A DNA stretch of 64,000 nt. Origin: Eledone cirrhosa. Its lineage: Eukaryota. A program made the translations under genes and the position numbers. Shown piece by piece: positions 25,174 through 40,928 of the stretch (its first letter is position 1; each line of letters opens with the position of its first letter). The DNA lies in contig CAXHJY010001386.1 in assembly GCA_964016885.1 (NCBI GenBank), positions 62,001-126,000 on the forward strand, given 5' to 3'. Under the pieces are notes generated by a model, which was not told the origin of the DNA, searched no databases, and was given only the letters and a program-made list of their open reading frames with translations.

Positions 25174-25607
25174 TCCAAGACAATGTCACTGGACCGAGAC
25201 CTTTGGCGGTACTCAGTAATAGAGAAGACCCGCCCTTACCTAAATACATAGTAAAACCTACAACAGCCAGTAGGCATCTCTAACAAAATACACCCCCATC
25301 CACACCACCCCCTCCTATGAAAAGTTATGTTGGTGCCACACCATCCAGGCCGAAACAAATGAGATCGTGTAGGTGTCACGACAAAAAAACACACAGTCCA
25401 CGCTGTAATGTGGCCGTGTAGGCAACACGGTAAAAACCTCCCAGACCCACACTGTAAATGTGGTTGGTGTTAGGAAGGGCATCCAACTGTAGAAAACCTG
25501 CCAGACAGTCCTCTGCGAGCAAGGCAATCACTCTTGCTTCAAGTGGGAATACCCCCGTCCAAACCCATGCAAGCGTGGAACACGGACGTTAAACGTTGAT
25601 GATGATG
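25174..25607 (+). mobile_element. RTE-A 3'-end fragment
   Basis: [14 protein letters not shown] plus 3' UTR plus (GAT)n. Confidence 0.95.
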
Positions 25608-26615
25608 TATATATATATATATATATGTATGTATATGTATATATATATATGTATATGTATATATATATGTATGTATATGTATGTATATGTATATATATAT
25701 GTATGTATATGTATGTATATATGTATATGTATGTATATATGTATATGTATGTATATGTATATACATATATGTATGTATATGTATATACATATATGTATGT
25801 ATATGTATATACATATATGTATATGTATATACATATATGTATGTATATGTATATACATATATGTATGTATATGTATATATATATGTATGTATATGTATAT
25901 ATATATGTATGTATATGTATATATATATGTATGTATATGTATATATATATGTATGTATATGTATATATATATGTATGTATATGTATATATATATATATGT
26001 ATGTATATGTATATATATATGTATGTATATGTATATATATATGTATGTATATGTATATATATATATATGTATGTATATGTATATATATATGTATGTATAT
26101 GTATATATATATGTATGTATATGTATATATATATGTATGTATATATATATATGTATGTATATATATATATGTATATATATGTATATGTATATATATATGT
26201 ATGTATATGTATATATATATATGTATATGTATATATATATGTATGTATATGTATATATATATATGTATATGTATATATATATGTATGTATATGTATATAT
26301 ATATATGTATATGTATATATATATGTATGTATATGTATATATATATATGTATATGTATATATATATGTATGTATATGTATATATATATATGTATGTATAT
26401 GTATATATATATATGTATGTATATGTATATACATATATGTATGTATATGTATATACATATATGTATGTATATGTATATATATATATGTATGTATATGTAT
26501 ATATATATATATGTATGTATGTATATATATATATCTATGTATATGTATGTATATATATATATGTATGTATATGTATATATATATGTATGTATATGTATAT
26601 ATATGTATGTATATG

Positions 26616-26648
<33 letters not shown>

Positions 26649-26921
26649 GTATATATATGTATATGTATATATATATATATGTATATGTATATATATGTAT
26701 GTATATATATATATATGTATATGTATATATATGTATGTATATGTATATATATGTATGTATATGTATATATATGTATGTATATGTATATATATGTATGTAT
26801 ATGTATATATATGTATGTATATATATATGTATATGTATATATATATGTATATGTATATGTATATATGTGTATATGTATATGTATATATATATATATGTAT
26901 ATGTATATATATATATATGTG

Positions 26922-26952
<31 letters not shown>

Positions 26953-27675
26953 GTGTATATGTGTATATATATGTGTATATATATATATATATATATGTGT
27001 ATATGTGTATATGTATGTGTATATATATATATACATATGTATATGTATGTGTATATATATATATACATATGTATATGTATGTGTATATGTATGTATATAT
27101 ATATGTATATGTATGTGTATATGTATGTATATATATATGTATGTGTATATGTATATATGTGTATGTATATATATATGTATGTGTATATGTATATATGTAT
27201 ATGTATATATATATATGTGTATATGTATATATATATATGTATATGTATATATATATATGTATATGTATATATATGTGTGTATATGTATATATATGTGTAT
27301 ATATATATGTGTATATGTATATATATGTTTGTATATGTGTATATATATATGTGTATATGTGTATATATATATGTGTATATGTATATATATGTGTGTATAT
27401 GTATATATATGTGTATATGTATATATATATATGTGTATATGTATATATATATATATGTGTATATGTATCTATATATATATGTGTATATGTATCTATATAT
27501 ATATGTGTATATATATATATATGTGTATATGTATATATATATATATGTGTATATGTATATATATATATATGTGTATATATATATATATATATATGTGTAT
27601 ATATATATATGTGTATATGTATATATATATATATGTGTATATATATATATATATATATGTGTATATATATACGTG

Positions 27676-27727
<52 letters not shown>

Positions 27728-27740
27728 TATACATATACAC

Positions 27741-27773
<33 letters not shown>

Positions 27774-28120
27774 TGTGTATATGTATGTTTATATGTATAT
27801 ATATATGTTTATATGTATGTATATATCTATATGTATATATATATGTATATATATATCTATATGTATATATATATGTATATATATATCTATATATCTATAT
27901 GTATATATATATGTATATATATATCTATATATCTATATGTATATATATATGTATATATATATCTATATGTATATATATATGTATATATATATCTATATGT
28001 ATATATATATCTATATGTATATATATATGTATATATATATCTATATATCTATATGTATATCTATATGTATATATATGTATATATATATATCTATATGTAT
28101 ATCTATATGTATATATATGT

Positions 28121-28190
28121 ATTCAGGTTTGAGGTTCACCACTGTATAGAGCTGGTCTATTCCGTATGGTCAATCGTAATGCAATAATTG
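28121..28190. other. 70-bp unique island inside the TA array
   Basis: Complex sequence flanked by kilobases of (TA)nTG. Confidence 0.6.
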
Positions 28191-28221
<31 letters not shown>

Positions 28222-28364
28222 GTGTATATGTATATATATGTGTATATGTATATATATGTGTATATGTATATATATATGTGTATATGTATATATATATGTG
28301 TATATGTATATATATATGTGTATATGTATATATATATATGTGTATATATATATATGTGTATATG

Positions 28365-28413
<49 letters not shown>

Positions 28414-28454
28414 GTGTATATGTATATATATATGTATATATATATGTGTATATG

Positions 28455-28499
<45 letters not shown>

Positions 28500-28536
28500 G
28501 TGTATATGTATATATATATATGTATATATATATGTG

Positions 28537-28583
<47 letters not shown>

Positions 28584-28612
28584 GTATATATATATATGTA
28601 TATATATATATG

Positions 28613-28643
<31 letters not shown>

Positions 28644-28654
28644 GTATATATATG

Positions 28655-28727
<73 letters not shown>

Positions 28728-28738
28728 GTATATATATG

Positions 28739-28809
<71 letters not shown>

Positions 28810-29188
28810 GTATATATATATGTATATATATATGTATATATATATATTTATATATATATGTATATATATATGTATATATATGTATATATATATCTATATG
28901 TATATGTATGTATATATATGTATATGTATATATATGTATATATATATATCTATATGTATCTATATGTATATATATGTATATGTATATATATGTATATATA
29001 TATATATATGTATATATATGTATATATATATCTATATGTATATATATATACATATAGATATATATATGTATACATATAGATATATATATGTATATATATG
29101 TATATATCTATCTATATGTTTATATATATACATATAGATATATATATGTATACATATAGATATATATATGTATATATATATCTATATG

Positions 29189-29222
<34 letters not shown>

Positions 29223-29292
29223 TATACATATATGTATATGTATATATATATGTATATATATATATGTATATATATATGTATATATATATATG

Positions 29293-29323
<31 letters not shown>

Positions 29324-29386
29324 GTATATATATATGTATATATATATGTATATATATATGTATATATATATGTATATATATATATG

Positions 29387-29433
<47 letters not shown>

Positions 29434-29520
29434 GTATATATATATGTATATGTATATATATGTATATGTATATATATATGTATATATATATGTATATATA
29501 TATATGTATATATATATATG

Positions 29521-29567
<47 letters not shown>

Positions 29568-29951
29568 GTATATATATATATGTATATATATATGTATATA
29601 ATATATATGTATATATATATGTATATATATATGTATATATATATGTATATATATATATGTATATATATATATGTATATATATATATGTATATATATATGT
29701 ATATATATATATGTATATATATATATGTATATATATATGTATATATATATGTATATATATATGTATGTATATATATATGTATATATATATATGTATATAT
29801 ATATGTATATATATATATGTATATATATATATGTATATATATATGTATGTATATATATATATGTATATATATATGTATATATATATATGTATATATATGT
29901 ATATATATATATGTATATATATGTATATATATATGTATGTATATATATATG

Positions 29952-29986
<35 letters not shown>

Positions 29987-30191
29987 GTATATATATGTAT
30001 ATATATGTATATATATGTATAATATATGTATATATATGTATATATATGTATATATATATGTATATATATATATGTATATATATATATGTATATATATGTA
30101 TATATATATATGTATATATATGTATATATATATATGTATATATATGTATATATATATATGTATATATATATATGTATATATATATATGTAT

Positions 30192-30241
<50 letters not shown>

Positions 30242-30264
30242 GTATATGTATATATATATGTATA

Positions 30265-30313
<49 letters not shown>

Positions 30314-30316
30314 GTG

Positions 30317-30349
<33 letters not shown>

Positions 30350-30350
30350 G

Positions 30351-30413
<63 letters not shown>

Positions 30414-30448
30414 GTATATATATATGTATATATATGTATATATATATG

Positions 30449-30481
<33 letters not shown>

Positions 30482-30543
30482 GTATATATATGTATATATA
30501 TATGTATATATAATATATATATATATGTATATATATATGTATA

Positions 30544-30577
<34 letters not shown>

Positions 30578-30628
30578 GTATATATATATGTAATATATTA
30601 TATGTATATATATATGTATATATATATG

Positions 30629-30660
<32 letters not shown>

Positions 30661-30929
30661 AGTCATATATATATGTATATATATATGTATATATATATGT
30701 ATATATCTATATATATATGTAATATATATATGTATATATCTATATATATATGTATATATATATGTATATATATATATATGTATATAATATGTATATATAT
30801 ATGTATATATATATGTATATATATATGTATATATATATGTATATATATGTATATATATATATATATATGTATATATATGTATATATATATATATATGTAT
30901 ATATATGTATATATATATATGTATATATG

Positions 30930-30978
<49 letters not shown>

Positions 30979-31027
30979 GTATATATATATATGTATATAT
31001 ATATGTATATATATATATGTATATATC

Positions 31028-31058
<31 letters not shown>

Positions 31059-31092
31059 GTATATATATATGTATATATATATATGTTTTATA

Positions 31093-31157
<65 letters not shown>

Positions 31158-31295
31158 GTATATATATATATGTATATATATATATGTATATATATATATG
31201 TATATATATATATGTATATATATATGTATATATATATGTATATATATATATGTTATATATGTATATATATATGTATATATATATATGTTTATATG

Positions 31296-31326
<31 letters not shown>

Positions 31327-31353
31327 GTATATATATATGTTTATATATATATG

Positions 31354-31388
<35 letters not shown>

Positions 31389-31445
31389 GTATATATATAT
31401 ATGTTTATATATGTATATATATATGTATATATATATATATATATG

Positions 31446-31497
<52 letters not shown>

Positions 31498-31574
31498 GTA
31501 TATATCTATGTATATATATGTTTATATATGTATATATATATATGTATATCATATATATATATATATATATATAC

Positions 31575-31605
<31 letters not shown>

Positions 31606-31742
31606 GTATATATATATATTAATATATATATATATATGTATATATATGTATGTATATATATGTATATATATATATGTATATATATATATGTTTATATATA
31701 TGTATATATATATATGTATATATATATGTATATATATATATG

Positions 31743-31790
<48 letters not shown>

Positions 31791-31831
31791 ATGTTACATA
31801 TATATATATATATACAATATATATATATATA

Positions 31832-31871
<40 letters not shown>

Positions 31872-32389
31872 CATACATATATACTATACACTATATACAC
31901 TACTACACATACTATACTATATACACTATATACATATATACTACATATATACTACTATATATACATATATACATATACATATCTACTATACATACTATAT
32001 ACACATCATATACACTACTATACATAAACTCACTATATACATATATACTATACACTATCATAATATACATATACATATACTACTATATATACACTATATA
32101 TACACTATACATATATATCTAATATACATACATATACTACACTATATATACTATATACATATACTATACTACTATATATATACATATATACATATATACA
32201 TATACTATACTATACACTATACTAATATATACTATACATATATATATACAAATATATATACAATATATAACTATATATATACATAACTAATACATATATA
32301 TATAGATAATATATACATATATAGATATATATACATATATCTATATACATCTATATATACATATATATACATATATATATATATACTAA

Positions 32390-34759
32390 TTTAACACCCA
32401 CACACAACCACCACATAACTCAAACAAGGAATCCCACCAAATCTGCCGCTTTATCCCTGCGAGACAGATTGTGTATAGACCGGGATTGTCCCTTTACCCA
32501 TCTCCCGGGGACCCGTCGGACAAATGAAAATAAAATTAAAAATAAAAGCAAAAACAAAAACCATAACCTACATAAAAATAACCACTACCCACAGTCACCA
32601 ACAGTCTTCTAAACAGGAAACTTCTTCCTCTTTTTTTAGCCATAATGAATCTGGCAAAAGAACTGGAAAAAAACATTCGAGCTATCACCCAGCACTACCC
32701 TCCTCTATCACCCCACTGCACAAACTCCCATTGCTGCCATTAACAAACAAACAAATTAACAACACACCAAAACAATTAAAACCATCCACTCTCGCCTCTA
32801 CATTTTTGCTTAACGCCCAAGGCATCAGCCCTTCCACCAATACTCAAAAATGGAAGATCAAATTCCTGGAGGACTGGATTGATGTCCATCCAAACCACAT
32901 CCCTTTCTTCATCCTCACTGAAACCCATCTCAGTAACCTCCACTTGGAAGCCGAGGTGAAAGTGAAAAATTTCAAAGCCATCCGTGCTGATCGTGCTGGC
33001 AGAAGAAAGGGCGGGACTGCCATTTATGTCCATAATTCTTTCTCAACAGAGGCTATGAACATATTCACTAATGGATACTGTGAAGCAGTCACTGTATTCA
33101 GTCAAACCAACAACCTAATAGTAGTTGGGCTCTATAGGCCACCCCAAACGCCTGTACCATGCTTCAAGGAATGCCTCAACAGCATAAAGTGTTTCATCCA
33201 AGAGTGTCACCCTGACAACATCTTAATGATGGGGGACTTCAACCTCCCCGGAGTTGACTGGTCCACAAACAGCCTGCCACCAGGTTCTTCTGCCTCAACC
33301 TCTGACAGGGAAGCAGTGGAATCGCTTCTTGACTTCATGGATGATTTCTTCCTATCCCAACTGGTGCTCGAACCAACGAGGTGCCACAAAAACGTCCTAG
33401 ACTTAATTTTCAGCAATCACACTGACAATATCCACAATATTGCAGTGGAGAAAACTCTACTCTCTGATCATGACATGGTTCTCTGTGATCTGAGATTCCA
33501 CCGTCCAATATACAAACCCAATGTCATCTCTCCTGTCCATCCGTTTGACGCTATGGATTTCCACAATGCAAACTGGGAAGCGATCAGTCATGATCTTGCA
33601 CATGTCGACTGGTCCTTCACGCACACTCATACACCCACTAACATCAAAAAGTCCTGGCAGACATTTGTGGACACTGTTACAAACATATGTGCAAAACACA
33701 CCCCATTAAGAACTATAAACAAATCTAAGAGCAGAATCCCTAGAAATAGAAAAACGCTCATCAGAAAAATTAAGAGAACGAACAAAAAAAATCAACAAGC
33801 TGAAATACTGTCAGCAGCAACACATCAACTTGACTGCCATTTCATCACTAGAGATTAAAAAACATAACCTCCAAAACAACATAATGTCCCTCATCAACAA
33901 TCAGAGAAGAGCTGAAGAGGCCTGGGCCATTGAGAAGATCAAACTCAATCCCAAAGTGTTCTTTTCATTTGCAAAAAAACACAAAATCACTGGCTCTACT
34001 GTTAGCCCTCTAATTGATGAAAATGGCACTCTTCAAGACAATGCTAAAACCATGGGTGAGATACGGCAGAAACAATACTGCTCTGTTTTCAGCAATCCTG
34101 ATATGGCCGATCTGGGCTGTATCGGCGATGTTACTCCCCATTACACCTTATCGGACATAAAGTTTGGTGCCCTGATGTCTTAGCGGCAATAAAGGAAATC
34201 AAGCATAATTCAGCAGTAGGTCCCGATAGGTTCCCTGCTTGTGTCTTGAAGGCGTGTCAACACCAACTTGCATCTCCTCTTGCCAATCTGTGGCGGAACT
34301 CACTGGATGCTGGATATGTGCCAGAAAACCTATCCCAGTCTGTTGTCCCAGTTTTCAAAAAGGGAAACAAATCCCTTGCCGTGAATTACCGTCCAATCTC
34401 ACTCACCTCTCATATCATTAAGGTATTTGAGAGAGTGGTGAGATCGCGAATGACCCACTTCCTCGAGAGTAACAATATGCTGAACTCCAACCAGCATGAA
34501 TTCCGTAATGGAAGGGATTGCCTGACGCAGCTACTGCATCACTTTGATGACATTTTGAGAGCCTTGGGAGAGGGTTCCAACACTGATGTTATCTACCTTG
34601 ATTTCAGCAAGGCCTTTGACAGGGTTGATCATAACATTCTACTGAGAAAGCTGTCCAATATTGGTGTCACTGGAAAGCTGCTGCAGTGGATCAAGAGCTT
34701 CCTGTCAAACAGAACCCAACATGTTGTAGTTGAGGGAGTCAAATCAAGCCCAGCCAAAT
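32390..34759 (+). mobile_element. CR1-like LINE fragment: ORF1 C-terminal Cys/His motif, APE endonuclease and N-half of RT; frameshifted, 3' half missing
   Basis: LCIDRDCPFTHLPGTRR near 32470-32520; LNAQG, LTETHL, GGTAIYV, GLYRPP, MGDFN, LDLIF, SDH; NYRPISLTS, DVIYLDFSKAFDRVDH. Confidence 0.88.
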
Positions 34760-35686
34760 CAGCAAAGAGCCACAGGAAACAAGTACCACCAATCTCTGGG
34801 AGGGCTCTGTAGAGACAGTAGACAGCTTCTGCTACCTAGGTGACCAAATTAGCAGCGGAGGTGGGTGTTCAGAAAGTACAATAACTAGGGTAAGAACGGG
34901 ATGGAAAAAGTTCAGGGAACTACTACCACTGCTAGATACAAAAGGCTTCTCCCTCAAAATGAAAGGCAGACTGTATGATGTGTGTATCCAAACAACAATG
35001 TTACATGGTAGTGAGACCTGGGCGCTGAAGGTGGAAGACTTGCGTAGATTAGAGAGAAATGAAGCCTGCATGCTCCGATGGATGTGTAATAGTAATATAC
35101 GCAAACAACAAAGCATAAATGAATTGAGAGAGAGACTGAGCATAAGAGGAATCAAATGCTGTGTGCAGGAGAGGTGGATGCGTTGGTATGGACATGTGAT
35201 GCGTATGAAGGATGACAGCTCCATAAAAAGGTGCAGAGCACTAGAAGTCGATGGAAACCGCGGAGTGGGGAGACCCAAGATGACCTGGGATGAGGTAATA
35301 AAAGCCGACCTTACCCAATTACACACGACTGTGTCCTCTGGCGTCACGCAGTAATACAGAGTACCCGACCTCCCATGGGTACAAGCTGAAGCATATAGAC
35401 AATATGCCCCCACACCCTCCCACTGCAAGGTGGTCGTGGAGGTGCCACGGCAAAAAAGCACCCAGCCCACACTGTAAAGTGGATGTGTAGGCGCCACAAA
35501 AAAGCACCCAGCACTCACTGTAAATGAGGTTGGTGTTAAGAAGGGCATCCAGCTGTAGAAATCAAGCCAAATCAGTTCCTGTATGAGCAAGGCATGGTCA
35601 GCCGACCAAACACTGCCCACAACAAGACAACCCGTCTAACCCATGTTAGCGTGGAAGAACAAACGTAAAACGGTGATGATGATGAT
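34760..35686 (+). mobile_element. RTE-B 5'-truncated copy joined directly to the CR1-like RT
   Basis: Matches 19315-20270; (GAT)n tail. Confidence 0.93.
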
Positions 35687-35832
35687 ATATATAGATATGG
35701 TGTGTTTCTTATTGGCAACATGACCCTCCCAAAGTATAACAATATCGGTTTCAACACACTTTTTCAGATAAAGAATCTTGCTAAACAAATTCGGAAACGA
35801 AATATATAGATATATATATAGATATATATAGA

Positions 35833-36249
35833 TTAGCATTGCAGGTGACATAGCTAACCTATTCATGGTATGGTGGGACAATAGACTTAAACTTAAAGAA
35901 CAATTAGAAGACAGCAATCCCTTAATCCTAATAATGTACTCCCGCTACGTTGATGATATAAACATCGTAGTAAAAACACCCCCACTAGAGAACAGTCAGG
36001 AATTAGAGAAAAACACCATGGAAAGCATCCAGCAAATAGCTAACTCCATCCACCAGAGTATTAGAGTTACTATAGACTACCCAAGCAAACACCCCAACCA
36101 TCGATTACCTGTAGTAGACACAGAGCTCTGGTTAGATACCATTAATAACAAAAAACAAATCCTCCATTCCCATTATGCCAAACCCATGACTTCCAAATAT
36201 CTGATCCACTGAAACTCAGCTGTTTCGGACCATACCAAAATCAACATAC
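35833..36249 (+). pseudogene. Penelope-like element RT fragment (resembles Naiad-type)
   Basis: IANLFMVWWD...YSRYVDDI...IANSIH..IRVTIDYPSKH....LPVVD...HYAKPMTS...SA....K.NIL; internal TGA at 36210. Confidence 0.75.
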
Positions 36250-36406
36250 TTGGTGTTAGGAAGGGCATCCAGCTGTAGAAATCAAGCCAGATCAGTTCCT
36301 GTATGAGCAAGGCATGGTCAGCCGACCAGACACTGCACACAACAGGACAACCCGTCTAACCCATGCTAGCGTGGAAGAACGGACGTAAAACGGTGATGAT
36401 GATGAT
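36250..36406 (+). mobile_element. RTE-B extreme 3' end
   Basis: Matches about 20105-20270. Confidence 0.92.
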
Positions 36407-36439
36407 ATATATATATATATATAATGTATATATATATAT

Positions 36440-36471
<32 letters not shown>

Positions 36472-36702
36472 GCTATATATATATATAGCTATATATATAT
36501 ATAGCTATATATATATATATCTATATATATATATAGCTATATATATATATATCTATATATATATATAGCTATATATATATATATCTATATATATATATAG
36601 CTATATATATATATATCTATATATATATATGCTATATATATATATATAATCTATATATATATATAATCTATATATATATATAATCTCTATATATATATAA
36701 TC

Positions 36703-36756
<54 letters not shown>

Positions 36757-36777
36757 ATCTATATATATACATATAAT

Positions 36778-36809
<32 letters not shown>

Positions 36810-36892
36810 ATCTATATATATATATATATATATCATATATATATATATATAATCTATATATATATAATCTATATATGTACATAATATATATA

Positions 36893-36944
<52 letters not shown>

Positions 36945-36950
36945 TAATAT

Positions 36951-37023
<73 letters not shown>

Positions 37024-37154
37024 GTGAGGTTTTTTTTACAAAATGAAAAATAACCGAGGTGTCCTACACGAGTGGAAGTATAAAGAAAAAGGGATGAAAT
37101 CGAAAATGCAACTGAAGTCTTATTTTTTTTAAAAATATATATATTTATTTGGTT

Positions 37155-37192
37155 CCTTTACCGGTTTCGCAGTTCTTCTGCTTTTCAAAAGG
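37155..37192 (-). ncRNA. Minimal hammerhead ribozyme, mirror copy
   Basis: Exact reverse complement of 37263-37300. Confidence 0.78.
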
Positions 37193-37262
37193 TGAGTTGA
37201 GATGGAGGGTCTGTGGTTTTTCTCACATGTGTGAAAAACCACAGACCCTCCATCTCAACTCA

Positions 37263-37300
37263 CCTTTTGAAAAGCAGAAGAACTGCGAAACCGGTAAAGG
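37263..37300 (+). ncRNA. Minimal type-I hammerhead ribozyme, U3-A8 variant
   Basis: CCTT-TTGAAAA-GCAG(AAGAA)CTGC-GAAA-CCGG-TA-AAGG: stem I CCTT/AAGG, stem II GCAG/CTGC, palindromic stem III ACCGGT, GUA cleavage triplet. Confidence 0.78.
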
Positions 37301-37372
37301 AACCAAATAAATATATATATTTAAAAAAAAAATAAGACTTCAGTTGCATTTTCGATTTCATCCCTTTTTCTT

Positions 37373-37405
<33 letters not shown>

Positions 37406-37637
37406 TATATATATAATATATATATATATAATATATATATATATATATTATATATATATATATAATATATATATATATATAATATATATATATATATATT
37501 ATATATATATATATATAATATATATATATATATAATATATATACAATATATATATATTATATATTATATATATATATATAATATATATATATATACAATA
37601 TATATATATATATATATTATATATTATATATATATAT

Positions 37638-37694
<57 letters not shown>

Positions 37695-37737
37695 CTATAT
37701 ATATATATATAATCTATGTATATATATATATATATAA

Positions 37738-37809
<72 letters not shown>

Positions 37810-38395
37810 CTCTATATATATATCTATATCTATATATATATATAATCTCTATATATATATCTATATCTATATATATATATAATCTATATATTTATATATA
37901 TATAATCTATATATTTATATATATATAATCTATATATTTATATATATATAATCTATATATTTATATATATATAATCTATATATTTATATATATATAATCT
38001 ATATATTTATATATATATAATCTATATATTTATATATATATAATCTATATATTTATATATATATAATCTATATATTTATATATATATAATCTATATATTT
38101 ATATATATATAATCTATATATTTATATATATATAATCTATATATTTATATATATATAATCTATATATTTATATATATATAATCTATATATATATATATAT
38201 ATAATCTATATATATACATATATATATATATATAATCTATATATATATAATCTATATATATATATATAATCTATATATATATAATCTATATATATATATA
38301 TATATATATATAATCTATATATATATATATATATATATATAATCTATATATATATATATATATAATCTATATATATATAATCTATATATATATAA

Positions 38396-38439
<44 letters not shown>

Positions 38440-38843
38440 CTATATATATATATATAATCTATATATATATATATAATCTATATATAATATATATATATAT
38501 ATATATAATCTATATATATATATATATAATCTATATATATATATATATATAATCTATATATATATATATATAATCTATATATATATATATATATAATCTA
38601 TATATATATATATATATAATCTATATATATATATATATATAATCTATATATATATATATATATAATCTATATATATATATATATATAATCTATATATATA
38701 TATATATATAATCTATATATATATATATATAATCTATATATATATATATATATAATCTATATATATATATATATATAATCTATATATATATATATATATA
38801 ATCTATATATATATATATATATATAATCTATATATATATATAA

Positions 38844-38915
38844 TCGGCTAATAATGGAGTCCAGAATTAGCCGTCGAAATGGCTTGAGCTCAGCTGTCGG
38901 GGTCTTACTGGTTCC
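38844..38915 (-). other. 72-bp island with terminal hairpin; probable extreme 3' end of a retroposon
   Basis: CGGCTAAT (38845-38852) / ATTAGCCG (38866-38873) stem abutting the AATC(TA)n array. Confidence 0.5.
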
Positions 38916-39044
38916 TATATATAATCTATATATATATATATATATAATCTATATATATATATATATATAATCTATATATATATATATAATCTATATATAT
39001 ATATATATATAATCTATATATATATATATATATATAATCTATAT

Positions 39045-39438
39045 ATCATCATCATCATCATCATCATCATTTTACGTCCGCTTTTCCATGCTTGCAAGGG
39101 TGGGACGGGAACTGATTCTGGCTTGATTTCTACAGCTGGATGCCCTTCCTAACACCAACCTCATTTACAGTGAGTGCTGGGTGCTTTTTTTCCGTGGCAC
39201 CTCCACGACAACGTTTGCAGTGAAATGATGATAGGACTGGAGTCCTATCATCATTTCACTGCAAACGTTGGATGATAGGACTGGAGTCCTATCATCTCAT
39301 TTCTACAGCTGAGTAAACTGGAGCAATGTGAAATAAAGTGTCTTGCTCAAGGAAACAACACATCACCCGGTCTGAGAATTGAACTCACAACCTTTCGATT
39401 GCAAGGCCAATGCTCTAACCACTAAGCCATGTGCCTCC
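39045..39438 (-). mobile_element. Full-length tRNA-derived SINE with RTE-type 3' end
   Basis: A box TGGCTTAGTGG (39429-39419), B box GAGTTCAATTC (39386-39376), GGAAGGGCATCC module, RTE-C-like terminal stem-loop, (GAT)n tail. Confidence 0.9.
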
Positions 39439-40238
39439 ATATATATATATATATATTCTATATATATATATAATCTATATATATATATATTCTATATATA
39501 TATATAATCTATATATATATATATATATAATCTATATATATATATATATAATCTATATATATTTATATATATATATATATATATATAATCTATATATATA
39601 TATATATATAATCTATATATATATATATATATATATAATCTATATATATATATATATATATAATCTATATATATATATATATATATAATCTATATATATA
39701 TATATATATATAATCTATATATATATATATATATATAATCTATATATATATATATATATATATAATCTATATATATATATATATATATATAATCTATATA
39801 TATATATATATATATAATCTATATATATATATATATATAGTCTATATATATATATATATAGTCTATATATATATATATATATATAGTCTATATATATATA
39901 TATATATATAGTCTATATATATATATATATATATAATCTATATATATATATATATATAGTCTATATATATATATATATATAATCTATATATATATATATA
40001 TATAATCTATATATATATATATATATATATATAATCTATATATATATATATATAATCTATATATATATATATATATATAATCTATATATATAATCTCTCT
40101 CTCTATATATATATATATATATAATATATATAATCTATATATATATATATATATATAATATAATCTATATAATCTATATATATATATATATATAATCTAT
40201 ATATATATATATATAATCTCTCTCTCTATCTCTCTCTT

Positions 40239-40272
<34 letters not shown>

Positions 40273-40703
40273 ATCTATATATATATATATATAATCTATA
40301 TATATATATATATAATCTATATATATATATATAATCTATATATATATATATAATCTATATATATATATATATAATCTATATATATATATATAATCTATAT
40401 ATATATATATAATCTATATATATATATATATATATATATAATCTATATATATATATATATATAATCTATATATATATATATAATCTATATATATATATAT
40501 ATAATCTATATATATATATATAATCTATATATATATATATATAATCTATATATATATATATAATCTATATATATATATATAATCTATATATATATATATA
40601 TATATAATCTATATATATATATATATATATAATCTATATATATATATATATATAATCTATATATATATATATATAATCTATATATATATATATATATATA
40701 TAA

Positions 40704-40748
<45 letters not shown>

Positions 40749-40776
40749 TAATCTATATATATATATATATATATAA

Positions 40777-40821
<45 letters not shown>

Positions 40822-40851
40822 TAATCTATATATATATATATATATATAATC

Positions 40852-40928
<77 letters not shown>

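Larger units (their letters stand above)
37018..37376. mobile_element. Penelope-like pLTR-derived palindrome (arms about 150 bp, centre 37227/37228)
   Basis: 37079-37227 is the near-perfect reverse complement of 37228-37376; each arm has a hammerhead motif. Confidence 0.75.

Noticed and set aside
21674-25219. 1181-aa ORF resembling an RT fused to low-complexity domains
   Set aside because: A 5'-truncated RTE-C copy that is in frame with flanking microsatellite; the same applies to the N-termini of ORFs 18189-19967 and 7794-10277
35698-35802. Island with CTGAAAA...GAAACCGATA on the minus strand as another hammerhead
   Set aside because: C3/A8 mismatch and no convincing stems I or II; at most a decayed relic
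36210-36212. In-frame TGA in the Penelope-like RT as possible selenocysteine (reported in some Naiad elements)
   Set aside because: Position is not an evident conserved Cys; CGA-to-TGA decay is simpler; no SECIS visible in this fragment
39370-39438. tRNA gene
   Set aside because: A and B boxes continue into SINE body and tail; no complete acceptor stem
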